A DNA stretch of 64,000 nucleotides from a virus, in the IMG/VR virus record IMGVR_UViG_3300037333_000056, positions 1-64,000 of that record. The stretch is one strand, 5' to 3'. Below the pieces are notes generated by a model. The model ran no database searches. It had not been told where the DNA came from and saw nothing but the letters and a program-made list of their open reading frames with translations. A program made the position numbers and the translations under genes. Positions 38,039 through 49,400 of this stretch are shown in pieces (position 1 is the first letter of the stretch; each line of letters opens with the position of its first letter).

Positions 38039-41000
38039 TTATCCTACTATCTGAGGGAAAAATGCATCGCTACTTAGTAGTGGGGCATTTATAAAATCTA
38101 ACCCATTTCCATCAAAATGCTTTCCAAACATCTTAACAATTATGTTGCTATCAATTATTGTATCTGGATGGATATCAATAAACTGTTGAATACTTGTACC
38201 AAATGCAACTCCAGCTGGATTAGCCTTTACAGTAGCAAGTATTACTTTCTGAATCCTCATCCAGAATGATGGGAATAGCAGAACACCATAATCACTTAGT
38301 GCTTTTACTTCTTTAGGCATATTTATTTTGTAATCAACAAATGATTCAAGAGTAATTTTTATTGCATCATGCTCGCTTTTGCCTTGAGCAATAAGAGTGT
38401 CTAGTAATATTTTCCTTGACACTATATCTATCGATTGCACAGCAAACGATCCAAATCTTACCATTGCACTATCTGGCGAGGCAATAAACTCTGATATGTA
38501 TTTTGCCATATCTCCAGTCTTCTTGTTGTGCTCTATTCTATCTCCAGACTCAATTAGATTATCACCAAAAGATTGCAATGCTTTAAAGTTTTTAGCACTT
38601 TTGCCAGCAAACTGCAACAGCGTCTCTACGTTCATGCTTTGGTGACCACTTTGAGATAGGGCTTTAATAGCTTTTGCAAGACCGTTATTTTTACCATTGC
38701 TGTCTTTCAAGAACTTATTTAATAATGATTCTATGTCGTTTTGTAGACCAGAAATAACAGACTCATCTTTATTCATTACTTCAACTGATATTGATTGCAT
38801 CATTCCAGTATTTAACATTATTGCCATAGGATGTGTTTTTATTGACTCTTTGACGCGTTTAAGTTTGTTATCAACATCTTCACCAGAATACTTTTTTATC
38901 TCAAGCTCTAGTTGTTTTAGTCTTAGCTTTTCAAGTGATTTCATATCTACTATAGACTCTTTTATTAGCCTTGGAATTTCTTGAACTGGAACACCATACG
39001 CTAGTAATATTGCAACGTTTGATGTTGTGTCTCCAAATATTTTTGGAATATTTGTGATTACCCAATGTATTTTGGTTAACTTTACTGCTTGTCTTATAGC
39101 AAATGCTGCCTTTTTGAGCGAATCATTATTGCTAAACAACACAGGATCGTTAAACCCTATAGCAATGTCTGAAAAATCCTTTCTTACTAGATGAAGATGC
39201 TCGTTAATACCACCTACGGTTGTGACATTTGATACTACTTTATATCTGTCTCCTATTAGTTTATGTGTCTCAAGAACCTCTTTTGCAGTTGAAGAATCTG
39301 GCAAGCTTAAAAACAATGGAATATCTTTTGTATCAATATCTGCAAGGTCTTCTTCAAGCTTATCTATTGACGAACTTGTCTTTAGATATTTTGTCATAGT
39401 TTGACTAAGCAATTCATCTCTTGCAGCTTGAGTATTATGTATTTCAATTGACCTACCATACGACCTTACAATAGCATCAGCAGGGTTCTTGTTTAGTCCG
39501 AGAAGATCTAATTGATCAGGCGTAAGAACTATTTTTTGAAATGAGCCTTTTAAAGTTTTGATGCTGTATACATTATTCATGCCTTTCAGCTCTTTATCTT
39601 TTGGAACAATTATGTCTTGGTTGAGGTAGTGGACACTTGTTCCTGCTCCTTCTTGGCTTGTTTGTTCGACTCTGTCTCTGTATACTATTCCGTAGTCTTT
39701 TGATGTAGGCTTTTGAAGTATTCTCCATCCAGATTCTTTTGTGTAATCATTATGGTTAAGATCTTTCTTTGTTACAATAGCAAATTCTTTTGGAACAGTA
39801 AATGATTCATATAACAGGTTCTCTTTTCCAAGCATTTTATCTTTAGTTGTAGCATACATCTTATTGTGTGAGCCAAACATTCCAGCGGATAGTGTCATTA
39901 ATTCTGATGCAAATTTTTTATTCTTTCTTAATAGCTTAAATGCATTCTCGTACTCTCTTACAGTATTTCCTTCTTTATTTATACGTGTATTCTCTTTTAT
40001 GCTATATAGTGCAAGAAGTGCTCCTAGATTTAGACGCTCTGCACTATCTTGTGGATGCATTTGTGCAATATTGTATGCGTCAGTGGTTCTTGATGGAGTT
40101 CTTTTGCCAGCGTATATCTGTGCCATTGCTCTTATTCTGTGTATCTTGCTTGTATTACCTATTTTAGACTCATATTCTTTTATGTATTCATCAATTGCTA
40201 TTGTTATATCTCCTGCACGCTTATTTATAAGATTACTCATTATCTCGTTAGAACCAATAAGGTAGAAAATTGGAGATCTTGCAAAGGTATAGTATATGTT
40301 ATCCTTGTCTCTGTCTGACATATGCTCCATAAGTTTATTTAGTTTAGATATTTTATTATCTTCGAATTGCTTACGTTTTTGTGCACTTGTCATTGTGAGC
40401 GTAATTGCACTGTTTAAGCTATCAAATGTTCCTAGCCTACCCCAAGTATCAAGATATCCTTTTAGTGACTGTAGCCAGTCAGCTGAACCCCAATAGTCTT
40501 CTGCTCTATCAAATTGCATTTTATATACGTCAAAATTTTGATACATAAACTCATGAGCTTTTGCAACTCCAGATTCAGTCTTTGGACCTATAGTGCTTGT
40601 ATATATATCTCCAAGGCCATTTGATATACTCTTGTTTAACATAAATAGAGATTTATCAAGGATTGAATCAATATCAACCTTATGTTCTTTACCTTTATAT
40701 ACATAGCTCATTGTTTCTTTTAGAGATTCTTCAGCTTTCTGTTTTGTATCTTTTGGCTGAGAATCAGTACTAGAACCAGCGTGCACGGTATTTGTTATGT
40801 CGTCTTCTTTTTTGTTTTTATCTTGTTTTTTTGCCTTGCCACTACTAGATGAACTCTTGTCATACTTTTCATTATATGTTCCGTACACTACATCAACAGT
40901 AGCGTCAAGTGTGTATTCTTTCCCGTCTAAATGAGTTATTTTATTATAGTTTTCTCTTGCATGCTTTCCTGTCATAAAAGGTTTTATTCCATTGTCTTTA

Positions 41001-44000
41001 TTGACATAATCTGTTATATGAAGAGGCGTTCCATCAGGTTGCCTAGAATACACTGTTCCATTTGCCTCAACAAGAACAGTTCTGTATTCCATATCATCAT
41101 TCTTAAAGTGCCCGATAACAGTTACTTTAGCATTATCACCTTCCTTGCCAGGAATTTCTGGGCCATAACTATACTCGCCCTCAGGATTAAAATTAAATGT
41201 TATATGCTTTCCATCACTAAGCTTGAACTGACTAAATAATTTAATCTTGTCTCCATTTATAAACAGTGCATTAAATTTATTGCTGATCTTTTTGCGGATA
41301 TTTACACCTTTACCTGCGTTGTTAAATCTTACTCCGGATGCCATAACTCCATGTATTGCAAGCTTAAGTATGTCTGCATCTACAATTTCTTTTGAACTAA
41401 TCTCGTTGAATTGCTTATTCGTTACTTTTGATATTCTACCTTTTATATTGTTCCATAGTTTGATAACATTATTTTTAAGAGTTGTAGATGTAATGTTTCC
41501 ACTCTGCTTATTTATATGTTTTATTGCAGCATATGTCAATTTTGCCGTAGAGTCCTCTGCTACCATTACTGCTTCAAATTCAGCAGTCCTATGCAGTTCG
41601 TCTTCTATCTTAAGCACGTCCTGTATACGTTTAGGAAGCTTATTTATTACTTTTTCGTCAAGTCTTGAAAGTATCTCTAGTGTCTTTTTTATATATTTTG
41701 CATTTTGATCAGATTTTCCACTCGCAGAATATAAGTACCCAACAGTAGAATAGTGAACTATCTCGTGTGCTATTGCAGTTTCAATATCTAGGCCAGAACC
41801 AGACAGTGATTCTTTTGTACCTATAGTAATTCCATGTACGCTAGGGTCATACGAGAATTCAGAACCAGATGTGAGAGACTTAACATTTTCACTTTTTATG
41901 AATTCAGATATTATTTGATTATCTTTATACTTATTTATGTCAAGTGTTTTGTTCTCTGCTCTTTTTACTAATTCTCCTATAATATTAGATAGGACTTCAA
42001 CATCGTGCGATGCATCATGTGCCTTACCATCTTTTTTTACACCTAATAGACTTTCTACTGCAGATTGCGTCCTATCAAACTTTGTTCTGTTGTTACCTTT
42101 GTTGTCTACAAATTCAACGTCATCTTCATTTGAGTCTCTTAGCTCGCTAACAGCAAGCAATTTTGCATCAAATATTTCAAATTTGTTTGATAGAAGTTCA
42201 TCTACGCCAGAATATGATGACAATATATCGAAGTCAGACTTTATACCATTGTATGCAATTATTGGAGTCTTTCCTCCATCAACGCTTAATGATTCAAGAG
42301 CGTCTCGTATTGATTTTGCAACACTATCCTCGTTGTATTCTTTTGCTGAGTCAGGTATGTCTCGCTTATATTCACTGTACTCTTTCATATCAAGTATAGC
42401 ATCGAAGTCATTGCTTGACGGCTTATATTCGAACGTTACAGGATCTCCATCTTGTACAATTGTGCCATTTTCATATTTATATTTTCTTGCGTACAGCTGT
42501 AGTAGTTCTTTTGATTTTCCGCCTTTAGCATGGTCATATCGTCTTTCGTCGCTAGGGTCAAATGTATTTTCAATATCTATTACAACAACAGGTTCTCCAC
42601 TAGAGACAATATCAATTATCTTGTTAGCGTGATCTGTTACAAACTCTGATATTTTATCTCCATCTATAAATGGTCTATCTTTATGTCCAGTAGGAGTTAT
42701 TGCATATGTATCAAGATATTCACTGCTTATTTCGTCTTTCCATGACGATGTATCTGCATCATTGTTGTTGCCGTTGTTATTATTATCATTTTCTGTAACG
42801 TCTATATAAGTGTCTTTTTTATCTGATTCTATATCATTATTATCCAACCTATAGTTTTCTTTGCCTGCAATATTGTTTCCATTAAACCCAAACAATAAGT
42901 GGTTCTCAGACATACCAGCATTATATACATACTTCTTGATGAACTTTCTTTTTTTATCTATTTTTTCACTGACAGAATCAAGATTGTTTGTGTTGTCTAT
43001 AAATATTGACTTCTTTATTTGCTCTGCAGAAATAATATTTTCATCATGTCCAACATCTGCTATCTGATCCTGAAATGAATCATATAGCAGAACCAGTTGC
43101 TCGGATATATCATATTCATAGTTTATTTCAGATGTAAGTTTTTGATACTCAACATCATATATGTCACCATACACTGGTACACTATGTATAGCATCATATA
43201 TTCCAGCTGTACCATTCTGAAGTACATTTAGCAGGTCATCACGATCATTCTCAAGTGACCTGATGTACTCATTGTCAGATCCATCAATCCTGTTTAGTTC
43301 ACGTACCTCTAGGTTTATATCAAGTATCTTTTGCTTAATTATGCGTCTTGTGTTTCTGTGTGCTAACTTTTCTAGTCCTGAATCTATGCTATGTATACCA
43401 GATACTGCTGGAATTAATCCATTTGATAGCTCCTTCTTTATAGGAACATATCCAGCTCTGTCAGATTCTACAAGAACCTGTCGCTTAGAAGTTATTGGCA
43501 TTCCGTACTGCTTAATCATTTTCATGTACCATGCTCTATACTCAGGAGTACCTTTTGCAGTAATCTTTAAGTTATCTTCACTATGTGTTTTGCCATATAA
43601 GATATGGTCAGGATTACGTTCTACTCCATTGTCATCAGTATTACTTTCTGTTATTATCATCCATGTTCCTGCAGGAATTATCATCCTAGGGAACCTGTCG
43701 GCAGCATCATGATAGTGTTTACTTGCGTCAGAATAGAATGTGTCTATATTTCTGTAATATGAGCTTAGATCATTCTTGTATGCAGTAGTAGCTTGACCAA
43801 GCGTGCTATCAAGTAGCCCAGCTAGCCTATCAACTAACCCAACACCTTCCTGTGCAAAGTATGCTTGAATTGCAAGATAAACTCCAGGTATAGCAGCAAA
43901 ATCTAATTCAGTATGCTTAGATAGATCTAAAACATTTTCGTACTTATGAAGTTCTGCAGATTTATACAGATCTTCGTCAACTTCTTTTATTGATGAAACA

Positions 44001-46441
44001 AGTAAGTTTAGTGCTGAAACCCTATCGTTAGTGCTTCCACTTGTTGCGGCAGTATCTAAGTACTCAAATACATCATTAGTCATGTCTCTTGATGCAGACG
44101 CTCTTGTCCCAGCAGCCCCTGCTTGATAGTTTTTAACCATAGTAACTGGCTTAAGCATGTCGCGTATAGATCCAAATATTCCAAGACTTGTAAACTTAGA
44201 CATTACAGTAAAAGTTGATTCATCGGTATCTTCTTCTTGAGAGTTTGCATGTTCATCGTCTACTGCTTTTCTTAGTATTGCATATGCATCTGCAAGATAT
44301 TCATCTTCACTAAGATCTTTTCCAGAATCCTTTGCAATCTTCATTTTGATAAGTAAATCTTTTATCATCTCATCAGCCACATCATTAGAGCCTAGTGCTT
44401 GATATAATGTCAATATTACACCAGAAGCAGTTGCATCAGACTTGGTTCTGTAATGAGTGGTTATTTTGTCAGATCCTGATTCTTTTGCACTTCTAATATC
44501 AGATATTGCAGATAAAGAGTCTATTGCTGACCAAACGCTCTTGGTTTTGAATTTAAACTTAGTTGCTTTTCCGGAAACCATTATTTCATTTTTAGCAAGT
44601 ATCTTCATTAGCGTTGACATTGCTGACACTCTTTGATCACTAGTTAACTCTTTATTCTGAGTCTTTCTAAATAGCTTAACAAGATTATCTAATGGCTTAT
44701 TTATTCCTTCGTTTTCTATAGCTTGATACCGCTTTATCTCTTCTTGTATTTCACTTGATCCTATGAATTCGTCGACTATAGAACCGAACACCTTGTAATA
44801 TGCAGATGTTCCAACTTTAAAGCTTGACTCTCCGCCAGAAACTATTGACCTAGACATTTTGTCTGATATTTCATTAAGTACATTTGATGTTGGCATTGAA
44901 CGACTATTTCTTACTATCTTATGCTTCTTTACATATTTTTTCCCATCTTTGAACCTGTCGAATGTAATAAGTAGATTTGCTAGTGGAGTCTCTTTAGAGA
45001 TTGACATGCCGACCTCATTATCTACTCTTTCCTGCGTCAACGCACCATCATATGAACCAAAAATCTTATTCTTAAGTGCTACATCTTTTATTCCAATAGA
45101 TTCATACACTTTATTTAGAGAGACCTTATCATCTATTCCAGAATCATTATTAAACACATTGCTCATACTTGATAAAAGGTCGTTGAATATTGGGTTAATC
45201 ATATTTTCTGTTTTTGAAAGACCAACCTTGTCTTCAGTAAATATTTTTGCATACTCATCTGGAACTCCAAGATTTTGCTTTCCATCATTGCCAGATCCTT
45301 GCTCTACAGTAAATAATTGATTTTTTAATTCAGTAGGAACTCTATATTTTTCATTTGGAGGGATTGTATCGTCTGCGGCATCAAGTTCTTCTTTTTTTAT
45401 TAGCTTCTCAATATAGCTATTGTTTGTTGGTGCTTCCATATTTTGAGTTGTTGTCATCTTATTTATTGCTTGTGATGCGTTATACGTTGCCTGCAAAACT
45501 GGATATGCAGTTATTTTTTTAGTATTAAAAGAACCAGTGTTTAGAATCTCTGCAACAGTATTCTTGTCTTCAGGTTTTGTTGATTTTCCTAATAGCTTTG
45601 TTGTGTTTATATATATAGCATCTGCACCGTCAATAATTGGTTCTACACTTATATTGCCTCCAAACATATCTTTAAAGTTATTATTTAGTGTTTGTCCATT
45701 CTCTATTACTTTAACTAACCCATTACCGTATTCATCTACTGCAACCTCTGTTAGTGCATTAACTGCAGATTTTCCTATTGATATATACGCTTCATTAGCA
45801 GATATTGTGTCTGTCTCAAACTTGATTCCAGATGCTATTGCTATCTGCCTACCTATTGCTCCATACAGATTAATTGAACTAAGAATTGTTGTTCCATACT
45901 CAGATTTTAGAGTATCTTTTACAGACAACTTATCTTCTGGAGACAAGTTGAGATTCTGTAATATATGATTTTCTGCTTTTCCAGCATTTGCTATTGCATT
46001 AAATGCTATACCTACAGCACGCATAGTTGAACCTATAGTTCTTATCTCCTTATTTAGGAGCTCTTCATTTTCATCTTTTGATAACTTATCATTATACTTA
46101 TATCCTACTGGATCTACTCCATCTATATCTAGTATTCCGTCGAATAATATATTTGCTGAGGTGTTTCCTATCTTTGTTCTTGACTTGTTTATTGCACTAT
46201 GTATAGCAGATTTTATTTTTGGAATCTTTACTTCGCTATCAAGCTTAGACATAATCTCTTCTTTAATTGAAGCATCAATATTTGACATCATGTATACATA
46301 GTCTTCTGCTTTAATAGACTGAATATTCCAAGCAATAGGAGTGCTGCTTCCTGAACTATTATCCAATACTGCAGATTTCATTCTTATTTTGCCAGTCTTA
46401 GTATTTAATAATATCTTTGCATACTCTTTACATTTTCTCAT
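38039..46441 (-). CDS. Virion-encapsidated RNA polymerase (N4 gp50-like) with accessory domains
   Basis: 2800 aa, nearly Cys-free; motif A DATASG, motif B RDMLK...NYQAG, motif C IYDAI; N4 late-module position. Confidence 0.88.
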   Translation of the reverse strand: MRKCKEYAKILLNTKTGKIRMKSAVLDNSSGSSTPIAWNIQSIKAEDYVYMMSNIDASIKEEIMSKLDSEVKIPKIKSAIHSAINKSRTKIGNTSANILFDGILDIDGVDPVGYKYNDKLSKDENEELLNKEIRTIGSTMRAVGIAFNAIANAGKAENHILQNLNLSPEDKLSVKDTLKSEYGTTILSSINLYGAIGRQIAIASGIKFETDTISANEAYISIGKSAVNALTEVAVDEYGNGLVKVIENGQTLNNNFKDMFGGNISVEPIIDGADAIYINTTKLLGKSTKPEDKNTVAEILNTGSFNTKKITAYPVLQATYNASQAINKMTTTQNMEAPTNNSYIEKLIKKEELDAADDTIPPNEKYRVPTELKNQLFTVEQGSGNDGKQNLGVPDEYAKIFTEDKVGLSKTENMINPIFNDLLSSMSNVFNNDSGIDDKVSLNKVYESIGIKDVALKNKIFGSYDGALTQERVDNEVGMSISKETPLANLLITFDRFKDGKKYVKKHKIVRNSRSMPTSNVLNEISDKMSRSIVSGGESSFKVGTSAYYKVFGSIVDEFIGSSEIQEEIKRYQAIENEGINKPLDNLVKLFRKTQNKELTSDQRVSAMSTLMKILAKNEIMVSGKATKFKFKTKSVWSAIDSLSAISDIRSAKESGSDKITTHYRTKSDATASGVILTLYQALGSNDVADEMIKDLLIKMKIAKDSGKDLSEDEYLADAYAILRKAVDDEHANSQEEDTDESTFTVMSKFTSLGIFGSIRDMLKPVTMVKNYQAGAAGTRASASRDMTNDVFEYLDTAATSGSTNDRVSALNLLVSSIKEVDEDLYKSAELHKYENVLDLSKHTELDFAAIPGVYLAIQAYFAQEGVGLVDRLAGLLDSTLGQATTAYKNDLSSYYRNIDTFYSDASKHYHDAADRFPRMIIPAGTWMIITESNTDDNGVERNPDHILYGKTHSEDNLKITAKGTPEYRAWYMKMIKQYGMPITSKRQVLVESDRAGYVPIKKELSNGLIPAVSGIHSIDSGLEKLAHRNTRRIIKQKILDINLEVRELNRIDGSDNEYIRSLENDRDDLLNVLQNGTAGIYDAIHSVPVYGDIYDVEYQKLTSEINYEYDISEQLVLLYDSFQDQIADVGHDENIISAEQIKKSIFIDNTNNLDSVSEKIDKKRKFIKKYVYNAGMSENHLLFGFNGNNIAGKENYRLDNNDIESDKKDTYIDVTENDNNNNGNNNDADTSSWKDEISSEYLDTYAITPTGHKDRPFIDGDKISEFVTDHANKIIDIVSSGEPVVVIDIENTFDPSDERRYDHAKGGKSKELLQLYARKYKYENGTIVQDGDPVTFEYKPSSNDFDAILDMKEYSEYKRDIPDSAKEYNEDSVAKSIRDALESLSVDGGKTPIIAYNGIKSDFDILSSYSGVDELLSNKFEIFDAKLLAVSELRDSNEDDVEFVDNKGNNRTKFDRTQSAVESLLGVKKDGKAHDASHDVEVLSNIIGELVKRAENKTLDINKYKDNQIISEFIKSENVKSLTSGSEFSYDPSVHGITIGTKESLSGSGLDIETAIAHEIVHYSTVGYLYSASGKSDQNAKYIKKTLEILSRLDEKVINKLPKRIQDVLKIEDELHRTAEFEAVMVAEDSTAKLTYAAIKHINKQSGNITSTTLKNNVIKLWNNIKGRISKVTNKQFNEISSKEIVDADILKLAIHGVMASGVRFNNAGKGVNIRKKISNKFNALFINGDKIKLFSQFKLSDGKHITFNFNPEGEYSYGPEIPGKEGDNAKVTVIGHFKNDDMEYRTVLVEANGTVYSRQPDGTPLHITDYVNKDNGIKPFMTGKHARENYNKITHLDGKEYTLDATVDVVYGTYNEKYDKSSSSSGKAKKQDKNKKEDDITNTVHAGSSTDSQPKDTKQKAEESLKETMSYVYKGKEHKVDIDSILDKSLFMLNKSISNGLGDIYTSTIGPKTESGVAKAHEFMYQNFDVYKMQFDRAEDYWGSADWLQSLKGYLDTWGRLGTFDSLNSAITLTMTSAQKRKQFEDNKISKLNKLMEHMSDRDKDNIYYTFARSPIFYLIGSNEIMSNLINKRAGDITIAIDEYIKEYESKIGNTSKIHRIRAMAQIYAGKRTPSRTTDAYNIAQMHPQDSAERLNLGALLALYSIKENTRINKEGNTVREYENAFKLLRKNKKFASELMTLSAGMFGSHNKMYATTKDKMLGKENLLYESFTVPKEFAIVTKKDLNHNDYTKESGWRILQKPTSKDYGIVYRDRVEQTSQEGAGTSVHYLNQDIIVPKDKELKGMNNVYSIKTLKGSFQKIVLTPDQLDLLGLNKNPADAIVRSYGRSIEIHNTQAARDELLSQTMTKYLKTSSSIDKLEEDLADIDTKDIPLFLSLPDSSTAKEVLETHKLIGDRYKVVSNVTTVGGINEHLHLVRKDFSDIAIGFNDPVLFSNNDSLKKAAFAIRQAVKLTKIHWVITNIPKIFGDTTSNVAILLAYGVPVQEIPRLIKESIVDMKSLEKLRLKQLELEIKKYSGEDVDNKLKRVKESIKTHPMAIMLNTGMMQSISVEVMNKDESVISGLQNDIESLLNKFLKDSNGKNNGLAKAIKALSQSGHQSMNVETLLQFAGKSAKNFKALQSFGDNLIESGDRIEHNKKTGDMAKYISEFIASPDSAMVRFGSFAVQSIDIVSRKILLDTLIAQGKSEHDAIKITLESFVDYKINMPKEVKALSDYGVLLFPSFWMRIQKVILATVKANPAGVAFGTSIQQFIDIHPDTIIDSNIIVKMFGKHFDGNGLDFINAPLLSSDAFFPQIVG

Positions 46442-46452
46442 TATATTCCTTA

Positions 46453-49400
46453 TTATCTTTTAATACAGAAGGTAAATTCTTCTTCAATCAATGCCTGTTT
46501 TTCACTATCTACAAGCTCTTCATCTGATATTATATCGTACAACTCTTCAATCTCGTATTCATTTTCAATCTTCTCATTGTGTGATAAATATACTATTTCA
46601 TCTTTGTTCTTTTTTATATTTTTAATCTCTTCTTTTAACTCACTCTTCCTTCTTATCTGTTCTATGTCTGCGTTTCCAGAGTTTATTTCCTGTTCGATTC
46701 CAAGCAACTCACTTTCAATTTTGTATTGCTTCTTATCTAGCTTTTTCATCTCTTTATCTATCTGTTTTGAGCTCTTGATTAGTTTAGTGTTTCTATATAT
46801 CTTTTTTTGCTTACTTGTTAGCTCAGTGTCTGTTGCATTAACGCCTCTAGCATTAATTACTCTTCTAAATATCTCAGCCTCTTTGCTTGTTATATTCTTT
46901 GCATCTTCTGCTACATTTATAAGATTATGAACAAATTCAACCTCTTGCTTTGATCTGATACTGCTCTTTTTTGCATACTTCAGTATAGTATTATATGCAT
47001 CAATATTATGGTTGTCCATAAGATTTGCATCTATGATTTCATCGTTTTTTGCAGATTTTAGTCCAGTTGCAGCTTCGCCTATTATTGCAACAAGTGTTTT
47101 GTTATATTCTTTTGGACTAGAGTTTTCATCTGAGTCAAAAACTATATTTAGACTGTTTATCGCAGACTTTAGGTTCTCAGCTTTCTTTTTGTCTAAACCA
47201 GAGCTGTTGTATAGTTTTTCGGCTACATCCTGCAGGAGACGCATTCCTTCATCTTGAGATGTTATTGCAAGGCTATATGAACGCATTATTCCCTGTATTT
47301 GGTCAATAACTTCGTTTGAATACTTATATGTACTCTTTTTTGCAACCTCTGATGATATATTTTTAAGAACGTCTCTCGTGTGTATATTCTTTGATGAGTT
47401 TATCCTAGTAGCAAAGTCTTCACCATCCTGCTCCTCAACTTTTGCTATTTCTATTCTAGCAGCATTTCTTGTTTTAAATACTGATTCTATTGCAGCTTTC
47501 ATTGCCTTACTTGCAGACGGATCATTAAAGGCTTCCTTTAGCGACTCATCTGAATATGTTCTTATATTCTTTTCTATCTTGCTTTTTGTCCCAAATGATC
47601 TCAATTTATGCATGAATGTTTTAGGGTCACTTTTGTACTCGTTTACATCTATCTTGTCATTACTAAACTCATTTACAGCAGAACCTGACGACAATGCTTC
47701 TTGTCTCTTTATCTTGTGTCCATCTAACCTATCAAGCCTTGCTTGAATTGTTTTTGCTAGAGTATCAGCTTTATTGTTTATAGCGTTTACTTGTTCATGA
47801 ATAATACCATTGTCTTTATCAAATACACTCTTTTCTACTGTGTATAGTGGACTATACTTGCTGTTTCCTACAGTATGTAATCTATCCATTGAATATATAT
47901 TTGTTCCAGGAAGAAATATTTCTCTACTAGTGCCACTGGTTCTTGTATTGTTGTCAATTTTATGCATATCTCTTTTTTGCTCTGGAGTAGCATTAAGATA
48001 CAGTTCCTTCATGTATGCCTGACGCTCATCTGTATCCATAAGACTTATTTTCTTCATAACTTCTTCATCAACAGCACCAGAATCACCAAGAATTTTGTCT
48101 TTAACACCTAAAGCGTTAAGAGTTTCAGTGGTTATAAAACTTGATTTTGAAAACTCTTCAGCAGCTTTTTCGTTATACTCATCATTATTGTCGAACACTG
48201 ACAGCATAGATTGCTCTCTTATTGCATTACCTAAGTCTCTTACTTCAGGTATTGCTGAGTCTGTTAGCTCTGATATGTCTTTTGCTTTTTTTGTTGCTTC
48301 TACTGCGTCTTTCATTATATGCCAGTTATCTTGCATAACTTCAATATCTTTAGACTCATTTGCAGCATAAAAATCAAAATCAGTTTGATCCATATTGTTA
48401 ACCATCGTATCGATGTTTGCTTTAGCTCTTTTTTCTGCAATTTTTGTATTAACAGATTTTGCAAAACTTTTAGCAAAAGACAAAGAGCTTGAAGGAGCTT
48501 TTGGCACCATATGCATCAATCCACCTGCTCCAGCACCAGCTATTGCAGCTTGAAACGCTTGGCTTCTATTCTTTTCGTCACGCAGAATGTCTTCGACATC
48601 CTTTTCGCTTATTCCATATTGTTGTCCAATTATCTCTCCCCATGTCTGAGTATACTCTTGAAATCCTTCCTCAGTCATACTTGCTAATGCAGAACCAGTT
48701 TTATTCAATAGCTTGTTTGTAAAAAATGGCTTTAGAGTATCTGGCATTTTGTTATATGACGACTTTAATATTGACGTTGTTGGCTTTGTTGCTTTTGACA
48801 ACTTACTTATTCCAGATACGTGATCAAAGGATAGCTTATCAAGAAGTGTAAAAGGCATCTCGAATGCATACAGTGCTGTAGCTTCTCCAACACTAACTGA
48901 TGGATCTTCTCCTGCTTCAAGCTTTGCCTTTATTCTCTCATCAAGTATTCTGTTTGTGTTTACTAAGTTTATTGTCTCGACTCCAGCACCTTTAGCAAGC
49001 AAGTTTAAGCCTTTAAGCATCTGCTCAGAGTCTTTGTATTTATTGTATACGCTCAACTCTCTAGGCTTAAACGATGCCTTTCCTACATCAACTATTTTCT
49101 TTATATCAGATGCTGATGCCCCAGCAGCCTTTGCTTTATTTACGTTTGCAACCAATCTTAGTGCTCCAGCTGTACCTGATACTTCACTTACGCCTATAGA
49201 CATACCAGCCATGTACGGTAACGACTCAGCTACGAATGACGGTGCAGACTGTGCAACACTCCATAGTCCAGATGCTATATCGCCACGATTAAACGCAGCT
49301 TCAGCTTCTACAACTTTACTTTGAGCGTAATGCCTATCATATCCAACAAATTTATCTGCCCATTCTTGCTGATAATCATTAAGAAGCGTGTTGTCATCAC

